64,000 nucleotides of DNA from contig CANFOZ010000003.1 in the NCBI GenBank assembly GCA_947448795.1, positions 3,492-67,491 on the forward strand, read 5' to 3'. Within the stretch, counting starts at the first letter, position 1. The number at the start of each line of letters is the position of its first letter. Of the stretch, positions 1-10,843 are shown piece by piece. The notes under the pieces were generated by a model that saw only the letters and a program-made list of their open reading frames with translations, did no database searches and was not told where the DNA came from. Origin of the DNA: Bacteroidota bacterium (GTDB lineage Bacteria > Bacteroidota > Bacteroidia > AKYH767-A > JAHEYN01). Both the position numbers and the translations under genes were made by a program.

Positions 1-3000
1 GCAAAGAGCAAGCGATGGCCGATTCGCTTATTGCTGAAACGAATGGGGTGTTGACCGATGCATTAATTAAAAATCGTTCGGCCGAGACACTATCTCTTAT
101 TCTTCATGATTACTCGGGATTTGCGGTAAGCACGATTGATAGTTTCTTCTATAAAATAATTCGCGCTATTGCGCGCGAAATGCAGCTTCCACTTTCGGTC
201 GAGATTGAGTTGGATATCGATCGTGTATTGAGCATGGTTACCGACAAGCTATACGAATCCATGGACAATAACCCCATCTTGGCCGATTGGATGGAAACCA
301 TGGTTAGCAACCGCATGAGCGAAGGGAAAGGATGGAAAATAGACACGCAAATCGTTGCGGTGGCGAGAGAGCTGCTTAACGAGCGCCTTGCTACTCGAGA
401 TCAAAACTACGATGCGAAAGCCATTAAAACCTTCAGCGAAGAACTTTGGAAAATCCGAAAGGACTACGAAGAAAAAGTAAAGGTACTGGGTGAACGTGGC
501 ACGAAGATATTGGACATGTACAACCTTGATTTCACAGATTTTCCTTTTGGACTAAATGGATTTGGGACCATATTTCCTAAAGCCATAAAAAATCCTGGAA
601 CATTTGATATTGGGACACGCATGCAAGTTGCAGCGCAAGACGATTCAAGGTGGTACAAGGCTAATGACCCGCGCCAAACGGAAATAGAAGCCTGTCGGCC
701 TGAATTGCTGCCTATTGTCAAAGAATTGGTTTACCTGCGTCAAGAAGGTGCTGTATACTACAATACCGCTTGCCTTGTTCTGCACAACATTTATCTCTTT
801 GGTATCGCTGAAGATCTTTTAAAGAACTTAAAAAATTATCGGGAAGAACAAGGCGTGCTGCTCATTTCGGATATCTCTATCCTGCTTCACAACCTCATCA
901 AAACAAGCGATACGCCGTTTGTATATGAAAAAGCAGGCAGCATTTATAAGCATTTTCTTTTGGATGAGTTTCAAGACACTTCGAATGTGCAATGGAAGGA
1001 TCTTCATCCGCTTGTATCCCACTCCATGTCAAGTGGTAATTTCAACCTCATCGTGGGCGATGCCAAACAAGCTATTTATCGCTGGCGAAACGGAGAGGTA
1101 GAGCTGCTTCTAAATGGCGTGAAAGACAGTTTGCCGCAATATAGCTCGATGATTGACTACAAAGCCCTGAAAACAAATTTCAGGAGCAAAAAAGAAATCG
1201 TCGAGTTCAATAACTTGTTCTTTGAAAAAGCACTTGAACAGGTAATAGCCCAGCTTGAACGCGATGAGATCACAGATCTTGATTTACTTAAAGAAGCCTA
1301 TCGAGGCGAAGATGCGAAGCAGATTGTGTCAGACCAACACAAAGAAGGCGGTTACGTTAAAATTAGTTTTTTAGAAAACACTAAAACTGAAAAAAAGAAA
1401 AAGAAAGGCCAGGAGACCGTCGAGGCATTGCAAGATGAAGAAGATGAGCCAAAAAAGAAATGGAAAGAGCTCGCCTGTGAAGGTGTTTTCAGCACAATCG
1501 AAACGCTTAAAAAAGAGGGTTTCTCATACGGCGATATGGCCATTCTTGTGAGAAGCAACAAAGAGGGCGCAACCATCACCAATTACTTGATAGATAATAA
1601 CATCACCAATGTGATTTCGCCGGATTCGTTAATGCTCGAATCCTCACCTGAAGTGCGTTTCTTGATCAGCGTATTATCGTTCATGCACAATCCAGATGAT
1701 AGTATTTCAAAGGCCAATATTCATTTTCATTACTACACGATCATTGACCCCAAACCGGAGACAGATCTTCATGCGCTCTTTTCGCATTTCAACAAAAAAA
1801 GCGATTCAAAACAGACCGCCCCATTACCCGGCCCGATCATGAAACAGCTGGTGATGATGCGCAAGCTTCCTTTGTATGAACTGACTGAGCAGCTGCTGCA
1901 GATTTTCAATCTGCATCAAAAGCCAAATGCGTTTATTCAACGCTTTCAAGACATCATCTACGACTTTATACAAAAAGCGAATTCCGGTATACAAGGTTTT
2001 TTACAATGGTGGGATGAATATCGGGAATCTGAAAAATGCTCTTTGCTGCTTCCAGAAAACCAAGATTCGATTACGGTGATGACGATACACAAATCGAAAG
2101 GACTTCAGTTTCCAATAGTATTCATGCCTTTTATGGAATGGAAAATGAAGCCAGAAGCCAACAAGCCAAAAACCCTTTGGGTGAGCACCAACGAGGAACC
2201 TTTTAAACCATATTGTCCGCTCCCTGTCCCGCTGAATGAGGCGATGGCAAAAACCTATTTCTCGGCCGAATACAAACAGGAGTTAACCCAATATTATCTT
2301 GATAATCTGAACTTACTCTATGTTGCGCTGACTCGCCCCGAACAGCGTTTTTATGGCTTTTGTCCAACGATGGATTCTGAAAAAATCAACAGCATCGGCG
2401 CTCTTCTTCCTGCAGTATTGAAAGCCGGCTGGGCATGGCAGGAATTCGACACCTTCGAGCTGGGTGCAACAGCCCCACCAGTACAAAAGAAAAAAAACAA
2501 AACGACACCAATATCCTTATCCCGCATATTGTCAGGCCCTTGGAACGAACGCATCTCTATTGCTACCAAAGGCAAAGGAAAGATGGATGCCTTTACCTTG
2601 GACGAAAGCGACCGATCGGTTTTAGACCTCGGACTTCTTATTCACGGATTGTTGCAAGAAATCGATACCGTTGATGACATTGATTCAGCCTTGCAGAGAC
2701 TCGAATTCGAAGGCATGGTAGAGCCCGCCGAAAAAGACACGCTGCGCGCATTACTAGATTATCTTACTCAGCATCGAGACACGTCCTTTCTGTTCGAAAA
2801 AGGATGGGATGTTAAAAACGAAAACGATATCCTACTGCCAGACGGCACCGTACTGCGACCAGATCGCGTTATGTTCCGCCAAGGGCAAGCCATAGTGGTG
2901 GATTACAAAACAGGTTTGCCACACGAGAGCCATGCTAAACAAGTGCAAGAATATGCTCATGTGCTAAGCCAGATGGGTGTTTTAGACATCCAAAAATACA

Positions 3001-3053
3001 TTCTTTATTTACGAACAAATCCAGCGGATACGTTCATTCAACAATTGCCTTAA
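1..3053 (+). CDS. UvrD/AddA-like helicase-nuclease, 5'-truncated by the window edge (the frame is open back to base 1)
   Basis: Helicase motifs are present: TIDSFF (Ia), LLDEFQDTS (II), AKQAIYRWRNG (III) and MTIHKSKGLQFPIVF (V/VI). A C-terminal PD-(D/E)XK-type motif reads RPDRV...VVDYKTG. No Walker A motif is visible, so the N-terminus must lie upstream of the window. Confidence 0.8.
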   Translation, partial: KEQAMADSLIAETNGVLTDALIKNRSAETLSLILHDYSGFAVSTIDSFFYKIIRAIAREMQLPLSVEIELDIDRVLSMVTDKLYESMDNNPILADWMETMVSNRMSEGKGWKIDTQIVAVARELLNERLATRDQNYDAKAIKTFSEELWKIRKDYEEKVKVLGERGTKILDMYNLDFTDFPFGLNGFGTIFPKAIKNPGTFDIGTRMQVAAQDDSRWYKANDPRQTEIEACRPELLPIVKELVYLRQEGAVYYNTACLVLHNIYLFGIAEDLLKNLKNYREEQGVLLISDISILLHNLIKTSDTPFVYEKAGSIYKHFLLDEFQDTSNVQWKDLHPLVSHSMSSGNFNLIVGDAKQAIYRWRNGEVELLLNGVKDSLPQYSSMIDYKALKTNFRSKKEIVEFNNLFFEKALEQVIAQLERDEITDLDLLKEAYRGEDAKQIVSDQHKEGGYVKISFLENTKTEKKKKKGQETVEALQDEEDEPKKKWKELACEGVFSTIETLKKEGFSYGDMAILVRSNKEGATITNYLIDNNITNVISPDSLMLESSPEVRFLISVLSFMHNPDDSISKANIHFHYYTIIDPKPETDLHALFSHFNKKSDSKQTAPLPGPIMKQLVMMRKLPLYELTEQLLQIFNLHQKPNAFIQRFQDIIYDFIQKANSGIQGFLQWWDEYRESEKCSLLLPENQDSITVMTIHKSKGLQFPIVFMPFMEWKMKPEANKPKTLWVSTNEEPFKPYCPLPVPLNEAMAKTYFSAEYKQELTQYYLDNLNLLYVALTRPEQRFYGFCPTMDSEKINSIGALLPAVLKAGWAWQEFDTFELGATAPPVQKKKNKTTPISLSRILSGPWNERISIATKGKGKMDAFTLDESDRSVLDLGLLIHGLLQEIDTVDDIDSALQRLEFEGMVEPAEKDTLRALLDYLTQHRDTSFLFEKGWDVKNENDILLPDGTVLRPDRVMFRQGQAIVVDYKTGLPHESHAKQVQEYAHVLSQMGVLDIQKYILYLRTNPADTFIQQLP

Positions 3054-3056
3054 GCT

Positions 3057-5867
3057 ATGGATTCATTCCTCGAAAAACTCATTAAAGAACTGAATAGCAA
3101 GCACCCTCAAGGACTTGGCGATGTGTGTATCGTTTTCCCAACACAACGTGCTGGCTTGTTCTTTCGAAAACATCTTGCACGCCATATAAAACAACCCATT
3201 TGGGCACCTGAAGTGCTTTCGGTAGAAAATTTCTTCCGCACCTTATCCGGTAGTGAGGTACCCGATCAACTTACCTTGGTGATGGAACTGTTTGATGTAT
3301 ACAAAACTTATTTTCCCGACGAGAGTTTCGATCGTTTCTACCATTGGGGCTCTATGATGATAAAGGACTTTGACGAAATCGACCGTTACATGGTAGATGC
3401 GCGCGTGTTGTTTAAAAACATCAAGGACCTCAAAGATATTGACGAGGAGTTCGGTTTTGACGGCGAAGAATTAGAAGCGCTGAAACGCTTCTGGGAAGCC
3501 TTTCTTGGTAATGGAGAAGATTTGAGTAATCTCAAGAAATCATTTATCAAAACCTGGTCCTGCCTCAACGATGTGTATAGTCAATTGAAAGTCAACCTGA
3601 ATAAAAAAGGCTGGGCCTACGAGGGCATGGTGTATCGTCAAGTGGCTGACAACTTGCAGGATTCAGAAGCTCGCGCAAAGCGTTGGAAACACGTTGTGTT
3701 CGCAGGGCTATATGACTTATCTCCTTCCGAAGAAAAAGTGATTGAGCATTTGATGCAACAAGGTCTTGCATCCTGCTATTGGGATGCCGACAGCTATTAT
3801 ACAGACACTAAAAACTTCGAAGCTGGTGCGTTCTTTCGAAACAGCAATCTCACTCAAGGTAACTTCCTATGGAAAGAAGATGCCTATGCTACGTTAGAGA
3901 AAAAAATCAACATAATCGGTGCACCTCAAGCCGTCGGACAAGCAAAAACAGCGGGCCTCGAACTTGAGGAATTATCATTACTGCCGGGCTTTGTGGCTGA
4001 AAACACAGCACTCGTGCTTCCCGATGAAAACATGCTTTTTCCGGTACTGCATTCCATTCCTGAAGCGATCAAAACGATCAACGTAACTATGGGATATCCG
4101 CTGAAGAGCACGCCCATCGCTTCGTTGATGTTTCTTGTTGGCCGCATGCAGAAGAATTACAAGAAGGGTGCGTTTTACCACTCCGATGTGATTCAAGTAC
4201 TTAGTCATCCGTACATTCAATACCTTGAAAAAGACAACAGCGCACTCTTTAAATGGAAACAAAACTACTTCCAGATAGGCTGGATTTACCTCTCTACAAA
4301 GCATCTATCAGGAGCCACTGTGCCTTCCTTTTTTAGCACGCTATTTCAAAGACCAGAGAGCACTGATGAAGTCATAAACTATTTACTTGGACTTTTAAAC
4401 ATGCTGCAGAAATCGATTGAAACGAAACGCAGCAACAGCAACCGAGCAAGTTTAGAATCAGAGATGATCTTCCAATACTTCAGTCATTTAAAACGCTTGC
4501 ATACCTTGGTGCAACAATACAAAACTGAGCTCAGCGGTGAAATTCTTTGGAACTTATTCAATGAAATAACGGCATCGGTGCGTATTCCCTTTAGTGGTGA
4601 GCCTTTGAATGGCCTACAAATCATGGGCTTCTTGGAAACGCGTGCACTTGATTTTGAAAATGTCATCATCCTCGCCAACAACGAAGGCACTTTGCCTGCT
4701 CCGATGCGCAGTCATTCCTTTATCCCATTTGCTATTCGCAAGGCTTTTGGAATGAATACCCACGAACATCATGACTCTCGGTATGCTTACTATTTCTATC
4801 GTTTGTTGCAACGAGCAAAAAAGATTTATCTGCTTTACAACACGGAAACGAAAAGTGTGACAGGCGGCGAGAAGAGTCGTTACATAATGCAGATAGAACA
4901 GGAATTGCAAAAGCGCTTTCCTCAGCAAATAAGTATCGAGCACAAACAGATTGCGCCAGACATTGCTAAGCCACAAGCAATGCCTATCACGATACAAAAG
5001 ACACCAGAAATACTTGCTATTTTAAAAACAAAAAAACAGTATTCAGCCTCTGCTCTATCCAACTATATTAATTGCAAATTGAGCTTCTACCTAAAGAGCG
5101 TTGCTGGCTTGCATGAGCCGGACGAGGTAGATGACTCGATTGATGATGCGATGTTCGGCAATGTGTTCCATAAAGCGATGGAAAATTTATATAGGGATGC
5201 AGGCCTACTTGATCAAGCAAAAGGACAGATCCTCAAGAAAAAAATAGAACAAGCTGTTGATGGTGCTTTTACAGAAGAGTATCCAGGCGCAGAAAACCGC
5301 TTCGAAGGGCGTAACCTGCTTTTGCGAAAAGTTATCCTGGAGCTCGTTAATCAAACCTTACAGATGGATCTAAACGATCCGGAGAAACCCATTAATATCG
5401 AGAAAGTAGAGGAAAAAATAAATCTTCCTTTTTCATACAAGCAAGGCGAAGAGCCAATCATGCTAAACGGCATCATCGATCGCGTGGATAGCTTAAATGG
5501 ACGCAAGCGCATCTTAGATTACAAAACAGGGAAGGTGGATAAAAAAGACAGCTCAGAAATGGATTTCTTTTTCAGCGACCCCAAGTACAAGATTCTTTTT
5601 CAGACCTTTTTTTATGGGCTCTTGTACTCTAAAACCTATCCGAACACAACGATACAGCTTGGTATTTATCCATTGAAAAAATTATCGGAGGGTATCCACT
5701 TTCCTAAAAAAGACAATGCCAACCTAAGCCAGGATGAGCTCAATGAATTTGAAAACAGACTGTCAAATTTGTTTAGCGAAATCTTCGATCCAACCACCAC
5801 GTTTGATCAAACAGATTTCGAAGAACGCTGTGTTTACTGCGCATTCAAAGACATTTGCGGGAGGTAA
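3057..5867 (+). CDS. PD-(D/E)XK nuclease family protein (AddB-like partner)
   Basis: 936 aa, starting 4 bp after the upstream gene. C-terminal nuclease motif GIIDRVDSL...ILDYKTGK. Terminal cysteine cluster CVYCAFKDIC, plus CKLSFYLK upstream, as in the AddB Fe-S domain. Confidence 0.7.
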   Translation: MDSFLEKLIKELNSKHPQGLGDVCIVFPTQRAGLFFRKHLARHIKQPIWAPEVLSVENFFRTLSGSEVPDQLTLVMELFDVYKTYFPDESFDRFYHWGSMMIKDFDEIDRYMVDARVLFKNIKDLKDIDEEFGFDGEELEALKRFWEAFLGNGEDLSNLKKSFIKTWSCLNDVYSQLKVNLNKKGWAYEGMVYRQVADNLQDSEARAKRWKHVVFAGLYDLSPSEEKVIEHLMQQGLASCYWDADSYYTDTKNFEAGAFFRNSNLTQGNFLWKEDAYATLEKKINIIGAPQAVGQAKTAGLELEELSLLPGFVAENTALVLPDENMLFPVLHSIPEAIKTINVTMGYPLKSTPIASLMFLVGRMQKNYKKGAFYHSDVIQVLSHPYIQYLEKDNSALFKWKQNYFQIGWIYLSTKHLSGATVPSFFSTLFQRPESTDEVINYLLGLLNMLQKSIETKRSNSNRASLESEMIFQYFSHLKRLHTLVQQYKTELSGEILWNLFNEITASVRIPFSGEPLNGLQIMGFLETRALDFENVIILANNEGTLPAPMRSHSFIPFAIRKAFGMNTHEHHDSRYAYYFYRLLQRAKKIYLLYNTETKSVTGGEKSRYIMQIEQELQKRFPQQISIEHKQIAPDIAKPQAMPITIQKTPEILAILKTKKQYSASALSNYINCKLSFYLKSVAGLHEPDEVDDSIDDAMFGNVFHKAMENLYRDAGLLDQAKGQILKKKIEQAVDGAFTEEYPGAENRFEGRNLLLRKVILELVNQTLQMDLNDPEKPINIEKVEEKINLPFSYKQGEEPIMLNGIIDRVDSLNGRKRILDYKTGKVDKKDSSEMDFFFSDPKYKILFQTFFYGLLYSKTYPNTTIQLGIYPLKKLSEGIHFPKKDNANLSQDELNEFENRLSNLFSEIFDPTTTFDQTDFEERCVYCAFKDICGR

Positions 5868-5952
5868 GTTTGTTTAAAAAAGGGAGTTACAACATTGGGT
5901 TATGGACAGTGCAGCCAATCTTGCTACAAGTAAATTAAAAAGCAAATTTCGA

Positions 5953-6417
5953 TTATTTTGAAAATTCATCAAAAACATATTCGGCATTGTATTCTATTTC
6001 ATAGCGCACCAACAATTCCAAATATTCCTGCCTGAAACGTTTTGTAGCATGATGCTGCTCTTGATTTTCAATATACTTAATAACACTTTTTAATCGAGAT
6101 TGATCGACAGAGAATGCACCAAAACCATTCTGCCATCGAAAATATCCTGGCTTATACTATTGGGTATTAATCCATAATGAAGAATCTGACTTAATATCTC
6201 GGACCAAATTAGACAAGGTGCATTCCGGCTTGAGTCTTAATAAAATATGCATGTGATCGGCAACTCCATTAACTATTATTAATTTTTGACCATTTCCCTT
6301 AACGATACCTGTAATATATTTACATAAATCAATTTTCCATTTTTCGGATATTAGGCTGTGTCGGTATTTTACAGCAAAAACAACATGGATGAAGATTTGA
6401 GAATACGTGTTCGCCAT
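5953..6417 (-). pseudogene. IS200/IS605-family REP-associated tyrosine transposase (TnpA_REP/RAYT), broken by a 1-nt frameshift near 6157
   Basis: N-terminal frame (6157..6417) reads MANTYSQIFIHVVFAVKYR...HMHILL, the HuH motif. Translation stops at ...LWINTQ*. The adjacent frame continues ...YKPGYFRWQNGFGAFSVDQSRLKSVIKYIENQEQHHATKRF...EYVFDEFSK* down to 5953, which is the expected C-terminal half of the same protein. Confidence 0.75.
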
Positions 6418-6566
6418 ATATTCAGGTGTATTAATGGGTAAGAAATAAAAGAGTTTATCTGCGCGGTGGCAAACTACAAAATCGATTTGTGCATTTTTAA
6501 ACAGAATAAAAATCCGGTTGTTCTGATGAATAATTCGGTGAATGATTCACAAATCCAATATCGCAC

Positions 6567-6660
6567 TCTAGCGGAGCGCCATATCCCTAAAAGAAAAGTA
6601 CGCTACAAAATCGCTCCAGCGGAGCGCCATATCCCAAGCGCGCCAGCGGAGCACGATATC
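6567..6660. repeat. REP-like repeat array: direct copies of AGCGGAGCGCCATATCCC at 6570-6587 and 6618-6635, plus a degenerate copy at 6645-6660
   Basis: Direct inspection: each copy is preceded by a short ATCGC(A/T)C stretch and contains the imperfect palindrome AGCGGAGCGC. The array lies immediately upstream of the RAYT-like gene. Confidence 0.7.
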
Positions 6661-6662
6661 TT

Positions 6663-8144
6663 TTACAAAGAGGAAACTAAAAACGCCTCGCTCTTCATCA
6701 TATCCTCGTGCAGATAGCGATCTTGCTCAAGGAACTTCACCTGCTTGCGGTAATCACTAAACAACTTTTCCAAGAATGCAGACGATTTTGCAGGACGTCT
6801 AAACTCAAAGGCCTGCGCCGCATTCATCAGCTCAATGGACAAGATACGATGTAGGTTAGCCACCACGCGATGACACTTTGTAGCAGCGTTGGCACCCATG
6901 CTAACATGGTCTTCCTGCCCATTCGATGATACAATGGAGTCAACACTAGCTGGTGCACACAGTTGTTTATTTTGAGAAACAATAGAAGCTGCGGTATATT
7001 GCGGAATCATAAACCCGCTGTTCAAGCCTGCATCAGCAATAAGGAAAGGCGGTAAGCCGCGCTGACCTGAAATCAATTGATAGGTGCGACGCTCGGAGAT
7101 ATTGCCCAGCTCAGCCAAGGCGATAGCTAAAAAATCATAGGCAATGGCTAATGGCTGTCCGTGAAAATTGCCACCAGAAATAATCTTATCACTCTTTTCA
7201 AAAATGGTTGGGTTGTCTGTAACAGAGTTAATCTCGGTTAGCACAACACTTTCCACATAGCGAATGGCATCTTTAGAAGCACCGTGCACCTGAGGTATGC
7301 AACGAAAAGAGTACGGGTCTTGCACATGCACTTTCTTGCGCCCAGCAAGGACGCTGCCTTTGCGGTGCTTGCGAATAGCAGCAGCTGTTTCAGCCTGACC
7401 AACATGCGGACGAATGACATGCAACTCGGAGTCAAATGGTGAGGTATGACAATCAAATGCATCAAGCGAAAGCGATGCAATAACATCCGACCATTGCGAC
7501 AATTTTCGTGCTTGTAATACGCAGTATACACCGTATGCGCTCATGAACTGAGTTCCGTTTAGTAAGGCTAAGCCTTCTTTGGACTTCAGCTTCACAGGTG
7601 ACAAATTCAGTTTGCTAAGTACAAGTGCTGCTTTGATTTTCTTTCCTTGATAATACACATCACCCATACCAAGCAACGGCAAAGAAAGATGTGCAAGTGG
7701 AGCAAGATCGCCGGATGCACCCAATGAGCCCTGTTCATAGACCACAGGATAAATGCCGTTATTGTAAAAATCAACCAAGCGCTGAACCACCTCCAACTGA
7801 ACACCGGAATAGCCTTGCGAAAGTCCTTGTATCTTCAGCAATAGCATTAACTTAACGATATCCGATGACACCTCTGCACCTGTTCCGCAAGCATGCGACA
7901 TAACTAAGTTTTCCTGCAACTTCTCCAAATCTGCGTCTGCGATGTGTTTGTTGTGCAAAGAGCCAAAGCCTGTATTGATTCCATAAATAGGGTCTTTTGC
8001 GGCTTTGAGCTTACGATCTAGGTAATCGCGGTTTTGCTTGATGGCTTTTTTTGCAGCAGGCGACAGCTCAATTTTTATCGGTTCAGCCATCAATTGCTCA
8101 ATGGTTTCGTAACTGATGTGATCGGTGATTTTATAGGTTTTCAT
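6663..8144 (-). CDS. hutH: histidine ammonia-lyase (aromatic amino acid ammonia-lyase family)
   Basis: 493 aa. [15 protein letters not shown] contains the Ala-Ser-Gly MIO-forming triad. Similarity to HAL is evident along the whole length. Confidence 0.8.
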   Translation of the reverse strand: MKTYKITDHISYETIEQLMAEPIKIELSPAAKKAIKQNRDYLDRKLKAAKDPIYGINTGFGSLHNKHIADADLEKLQENLVMSHACGTGAEVSSDIVKLMLLLKIQGLSQGYSGVQLEVVQRLVDFYNNGIYPVVYEQGSLGASGDLAPLAHLSLPLLGMGDVYYQGKKIKAALVLSKLNLSPVKLKSKEGLALLNGTQFMSAYGVYCVLQARKLSQWSDVIASLSLDAFDCHTSPFDSELHVIRPHVGQAETAAAIRKHRKGSVLAGRKKVHVQDPYSFRCIPQVHGASKDAIRYVESVVLTEINSVTDNPTIFEKSDKIISGGNFHGQPLAIAYDFLAIALAELGNISERRTYQLISGQRGLPPFLIADAGLNSGFMIPQYTAASIVSQNKQLCAPASVDSIVSSNGQEDHVSMGANAATKCHRVVANLHRILSIELMNAAQAFEFRRPAKSSAFLEKLFSDYRKQVKFLEQDRYLHEDMMKSEAFLVSSL

Positions 8145-9481
8145 ACAAGTTGTTCGATTAGTTGTTCCGGAGTAAAAGGGTGTTGCTCTCCGGTGCTCAT
8201 GTTCTTCAGATTTACTTGGCCGCGCTGCATTTCTTCCTCGCCAACCACAACAACAAAAGGAATCTGTTTTTTGTTGGCATATTCAAACTGCTTCACAATT
8301 TTCTTTGTGATATCAGGATATACTTCTGTACTAATACCCGCGGCACGCAAGCTACTCGCCAGTCCCATGCAGTACTTTTGAGTGTTTTTGTCGAAATGCG
8401 TGAGCAACACTTTGGATGAAGAGGTGCGTATACCTAATGTCTCAAAGCGCTTCAACTCCTCCATGACATCGCAAATGCGATCTATACCAAAAGAGACACC
8501 AACTCCAGAAACATTGGGCAATCCAAAGATGCCTGTCAGGTCGTCGTAGCGACCACCTCCACAAACACTTCCTATTTGAACACCATCGGCTTTCACCTCA
8601 AAGATAGCGCCGGTATAATAATTCAGTCCACGAGCTAATGTAATATCGAGCTCAAAACTACCAGCCGTAAGCATGGATGCTATCTCCTCTACCTCTTCGA
8701 TGCCTTTGCGACCTGTGTTTGACGACATAAGTAAATTCTTAAGCAAATCAATCTTCTCGTTATAATTGCCTTCGAACTTAATAATAGGCTGCAGCATATC
8801 AATCGCATCGGCTGTTATGCCTTTTTCAACAAGCTCATTATTAACGCCTTCGATACCAATTTTATCAAGCTTATCAAGGGCTACCGTAATGTCTATAATG
8901 CGATCCTGTTCACCAACCACTTCAGCTAAGCCGGTTAGGATTTTGCGGTTGTTCATTTTCAAAACGACCTTCAAACCAAGCTTATTAAATACTTCATGGA
9001 TCATTAATACCAACTCCACTTCATTGACCAAAGATGGGCTGCCAATAACATCGGCATCGCATTGATAAAATTCTCTGTAGCGGCCTTTCTGAGGTCGATC
9101 CGCTCGCCACACCGGCTGCATCTGATAACGTTTAAATGGAAAGGTAATCTCGTTCTGATGCATCACCACATACCTTGCAAAAGGAACAGTTAAATCGTAG
9201 CGAAGTCCTTTCTCAGCAAGATCGGCACGTTTAATCTGGTCGGCACCTTTGCTTTGAATAGTCAGCAAAACAGGCCCCGAGTTGAGCACACGAAACAACA
9301 GCTTATCGCCTTCGTCTCCGTATTTTCCTTCGAGCGTGGTGAGATTCTCCATGGCAGGTGTTTCGATGCCTTGGTAGCCATAGCGATGAAATACTTCGCG
9401 AATGGTATCGAAAATAAAATTCCTTTTCGCCATCTCATCGGGCGAAAAGTCGCGTGTTCCTTTTGGTATTGAAGGTTTCAA
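8141..9481 (-). CDS. hisS: histidine--tRNA ligase
   Basis: [17 protein letters not shown]... is a typical HisRS N-terminus with class II synthetase motifs. 446 aa. Its stop codon overlaps the hutH start (ATGA). Confidence 0.9.
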   Translation of the reverse strand: MKPSIPKGTRDFSPDEMAKRNFIFDTIREVFHRYGYQGIETPAMENLTTLEGKYGDEGDKLLFRVLNSGPVLLTIQSKGADQIKRADLAEKGLRYDLTVPFARYVVMHQNEITFPFKRYQMQPVWRADRPQKGRYREFYQCDADVIGSPSLVNEVELVLMIHEVFNKLGLKVVLKMNNRKILTGLAEVVGEQDRIIDITVALDKLDKIGIEGVNNELVEKGITADAIDMLQPIIKFEGNYNEKIDLLKNLLMSSNTGRKGIEEVEEIASMLTAGSFELDITLARGLNYYTGAIFEVKADGVQIGSVCGGGRYDDLTGIFGLPNVSGVGVSFGIDRICDVMEELKRFETLGIRTSSSKVLLTHFDKNTQKYCMGLASSLRAAGISTEVYPDITKKIVKQFEYANKKQIPFVVVVGEEEMQRGQVNLKNMSTGEQHPFTPEQLIEQLV

Positions 9482-9544
9482 GGGCGGTGATTTTTCTTTG
9501 TATGCGAAGATACAAAATCACCCTAAAGACAGGGAATTTGTTCT

Positions 9545-10843
9545 TTATTTAACCAACATTCCGTTCAAACGCAGAAGTTCTGTTTCAGCAAGCTTAGCAT
9601 CGTAGCGCGCGCTCACCAAACGGCTTTGGGCTTCTTCAAAGCTACGCTGCGCATCCTTCAGCTCCAGGTTGCTTGCATTCCCTAGGCGGTAACGCTCCAT
9701 CGACACCTGTATTACTTCGGCAGCCAAAGCCTGATTTTCTTGTTCTTGGTCTAAAACCGCTAAGGCATTTGTAAAAAAAACATAGGCCTTTACCACAGCG
9801 GCATCCACTTGCTGAGTCGTTTTATCAAGCGTGTACTGCGATTGCTGCAGGCGAATTTTGCTGCCTTCAATCTGCCTGCTTACTTGATGGCCGTTGTAGA
9901 TAGTCCAACTGGCGGTTAGGCCCGTGCTCCAACCTAAGTTGCGGTTCTGCAGGATAAAGCCGGCCTGATTATCGGTGTTGTTGTAATTGTAACCGGCATT
10001 CCAATTTACCCGAGGGTAGCGCGCCGCAGAAACTTCTTTTAGCATTAATGCCATGGACCGCTGTTGACTCGCACCTAACAAAATGGACGTGTTCTTTTTC
10101 ATCGCCTCCGTCTTCATGTCGTCGAGTGAAGGATGATAATTTACTTGCAAGGAATCGACCACATCAAAGACCGTCAATGAAGGACGCGAAAGCAATTCGT
10201 TCAAATCAATTTTCAAGGACTCTAATTTATTTCTTTGTTGCAGGTGCATGGTCTTTTGCGCATTCATATCAACCTTGGCTTGCAGGTACTCTATTTTTGA
10301 ACCAGCGCCAAGATCCCAACGCGACTTGCTAATATGCATACGCTCCTCATACAGTTGCAGCGCGGTATCGGCAGCGATGAGCAATTGCTTTTGCTTAACA
10401 ATACCGCTATACGTATTAATAAGCTGTGCAACTGTGTTTTCAATTTGCAAACGCAAAGCCAACTCGCTTCTACCCTTCTCTTCTTGCAGTCTGTCGTATG
10501 TAGCAAACATCTTCATCCCATCGAACAAGGTCCAGCTCATACCCGCGCCTACTGCTGATGTTTGAGTCGATGCCGCATTTTTATCCACCACCGTGCCGTT
10601 TGAAAATTCTTGCTTCGTGTTATTACTGGCGAGCCCGAGCGACCCTGAAACACCAACTGTTGGAAGCATCCCAGCATTACCACGCGCGGCATTCAGCTTT
10701 GCAATATCAATATCCTCTTTCGCGATTTTTAGGTCGTAATTATTTTCAAGAACAATCTTCAAGGCATCCGACAAGGTCAAAACCTGCGCAGATGCAGACA
10801 ACGTCGAAATAACAAAAAGCAGAGTGGCTATTTTATGCTTCAT
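9545..10843 (-). CDS. TolC-family outer membrane efflux protein (OMF)
   Basis: Signal peptide, 432 aa, two-repeat coiled-coil/beta-barrel pattern. It is the last gene of the MFP-RND-OMF operon. Confidence 0.8.
   Translation of the reverse strand: MKHKIATLLFVISTLSASAQVLTLSDALKIVLENNYDLKIAKEDIDIAKLNAARGNAGMLPTVGVSGSLGLASNNTKQEFSNGTVVDKNAASTQTSAVGAGMSWTLFDGMKMFATYDRLQEEKGRSELALRLQIENTVAQLINTYSGIVKQKQLLIAADTALQLYEERMHISKSRWDLGAGSKIEYLQAKVDMNAQKTMHLQQRNKLESLKIDLNELLSRPSLTVFDVVDSLQVNYHPSLDDMKTEAMKKNTSILLGASQQRSMALMLKEVSAARYPRVNWNAGYNYNNTDNQAGFILQNRNLGWSTGLTASWTIYNGHQVSRQIEGSKIRLQQSQYTLDKTTQQVDAAVVKAYVFFTNALAVLDQEQENQALAAEVIQVSMERYRLGNASNLELKDAQRSFEEAQSRLVSARYDAKLAETELLRLNGMLVK

Noticed and set aside
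3386-4997. Several 60-127-aa antisense ORFs inside the AddB-like gene
   Set aside because: They are fully embedded antisense in a long, well-supported CDS, with no motifs.
6466-6717. 83-aa plus-strand ORF
   Set aside because: It spans the REP-like repeat array. Its apparent peptide repeats (AERHIP x2) come from translating the DNA repeats, and it has no start context. It is spurious.
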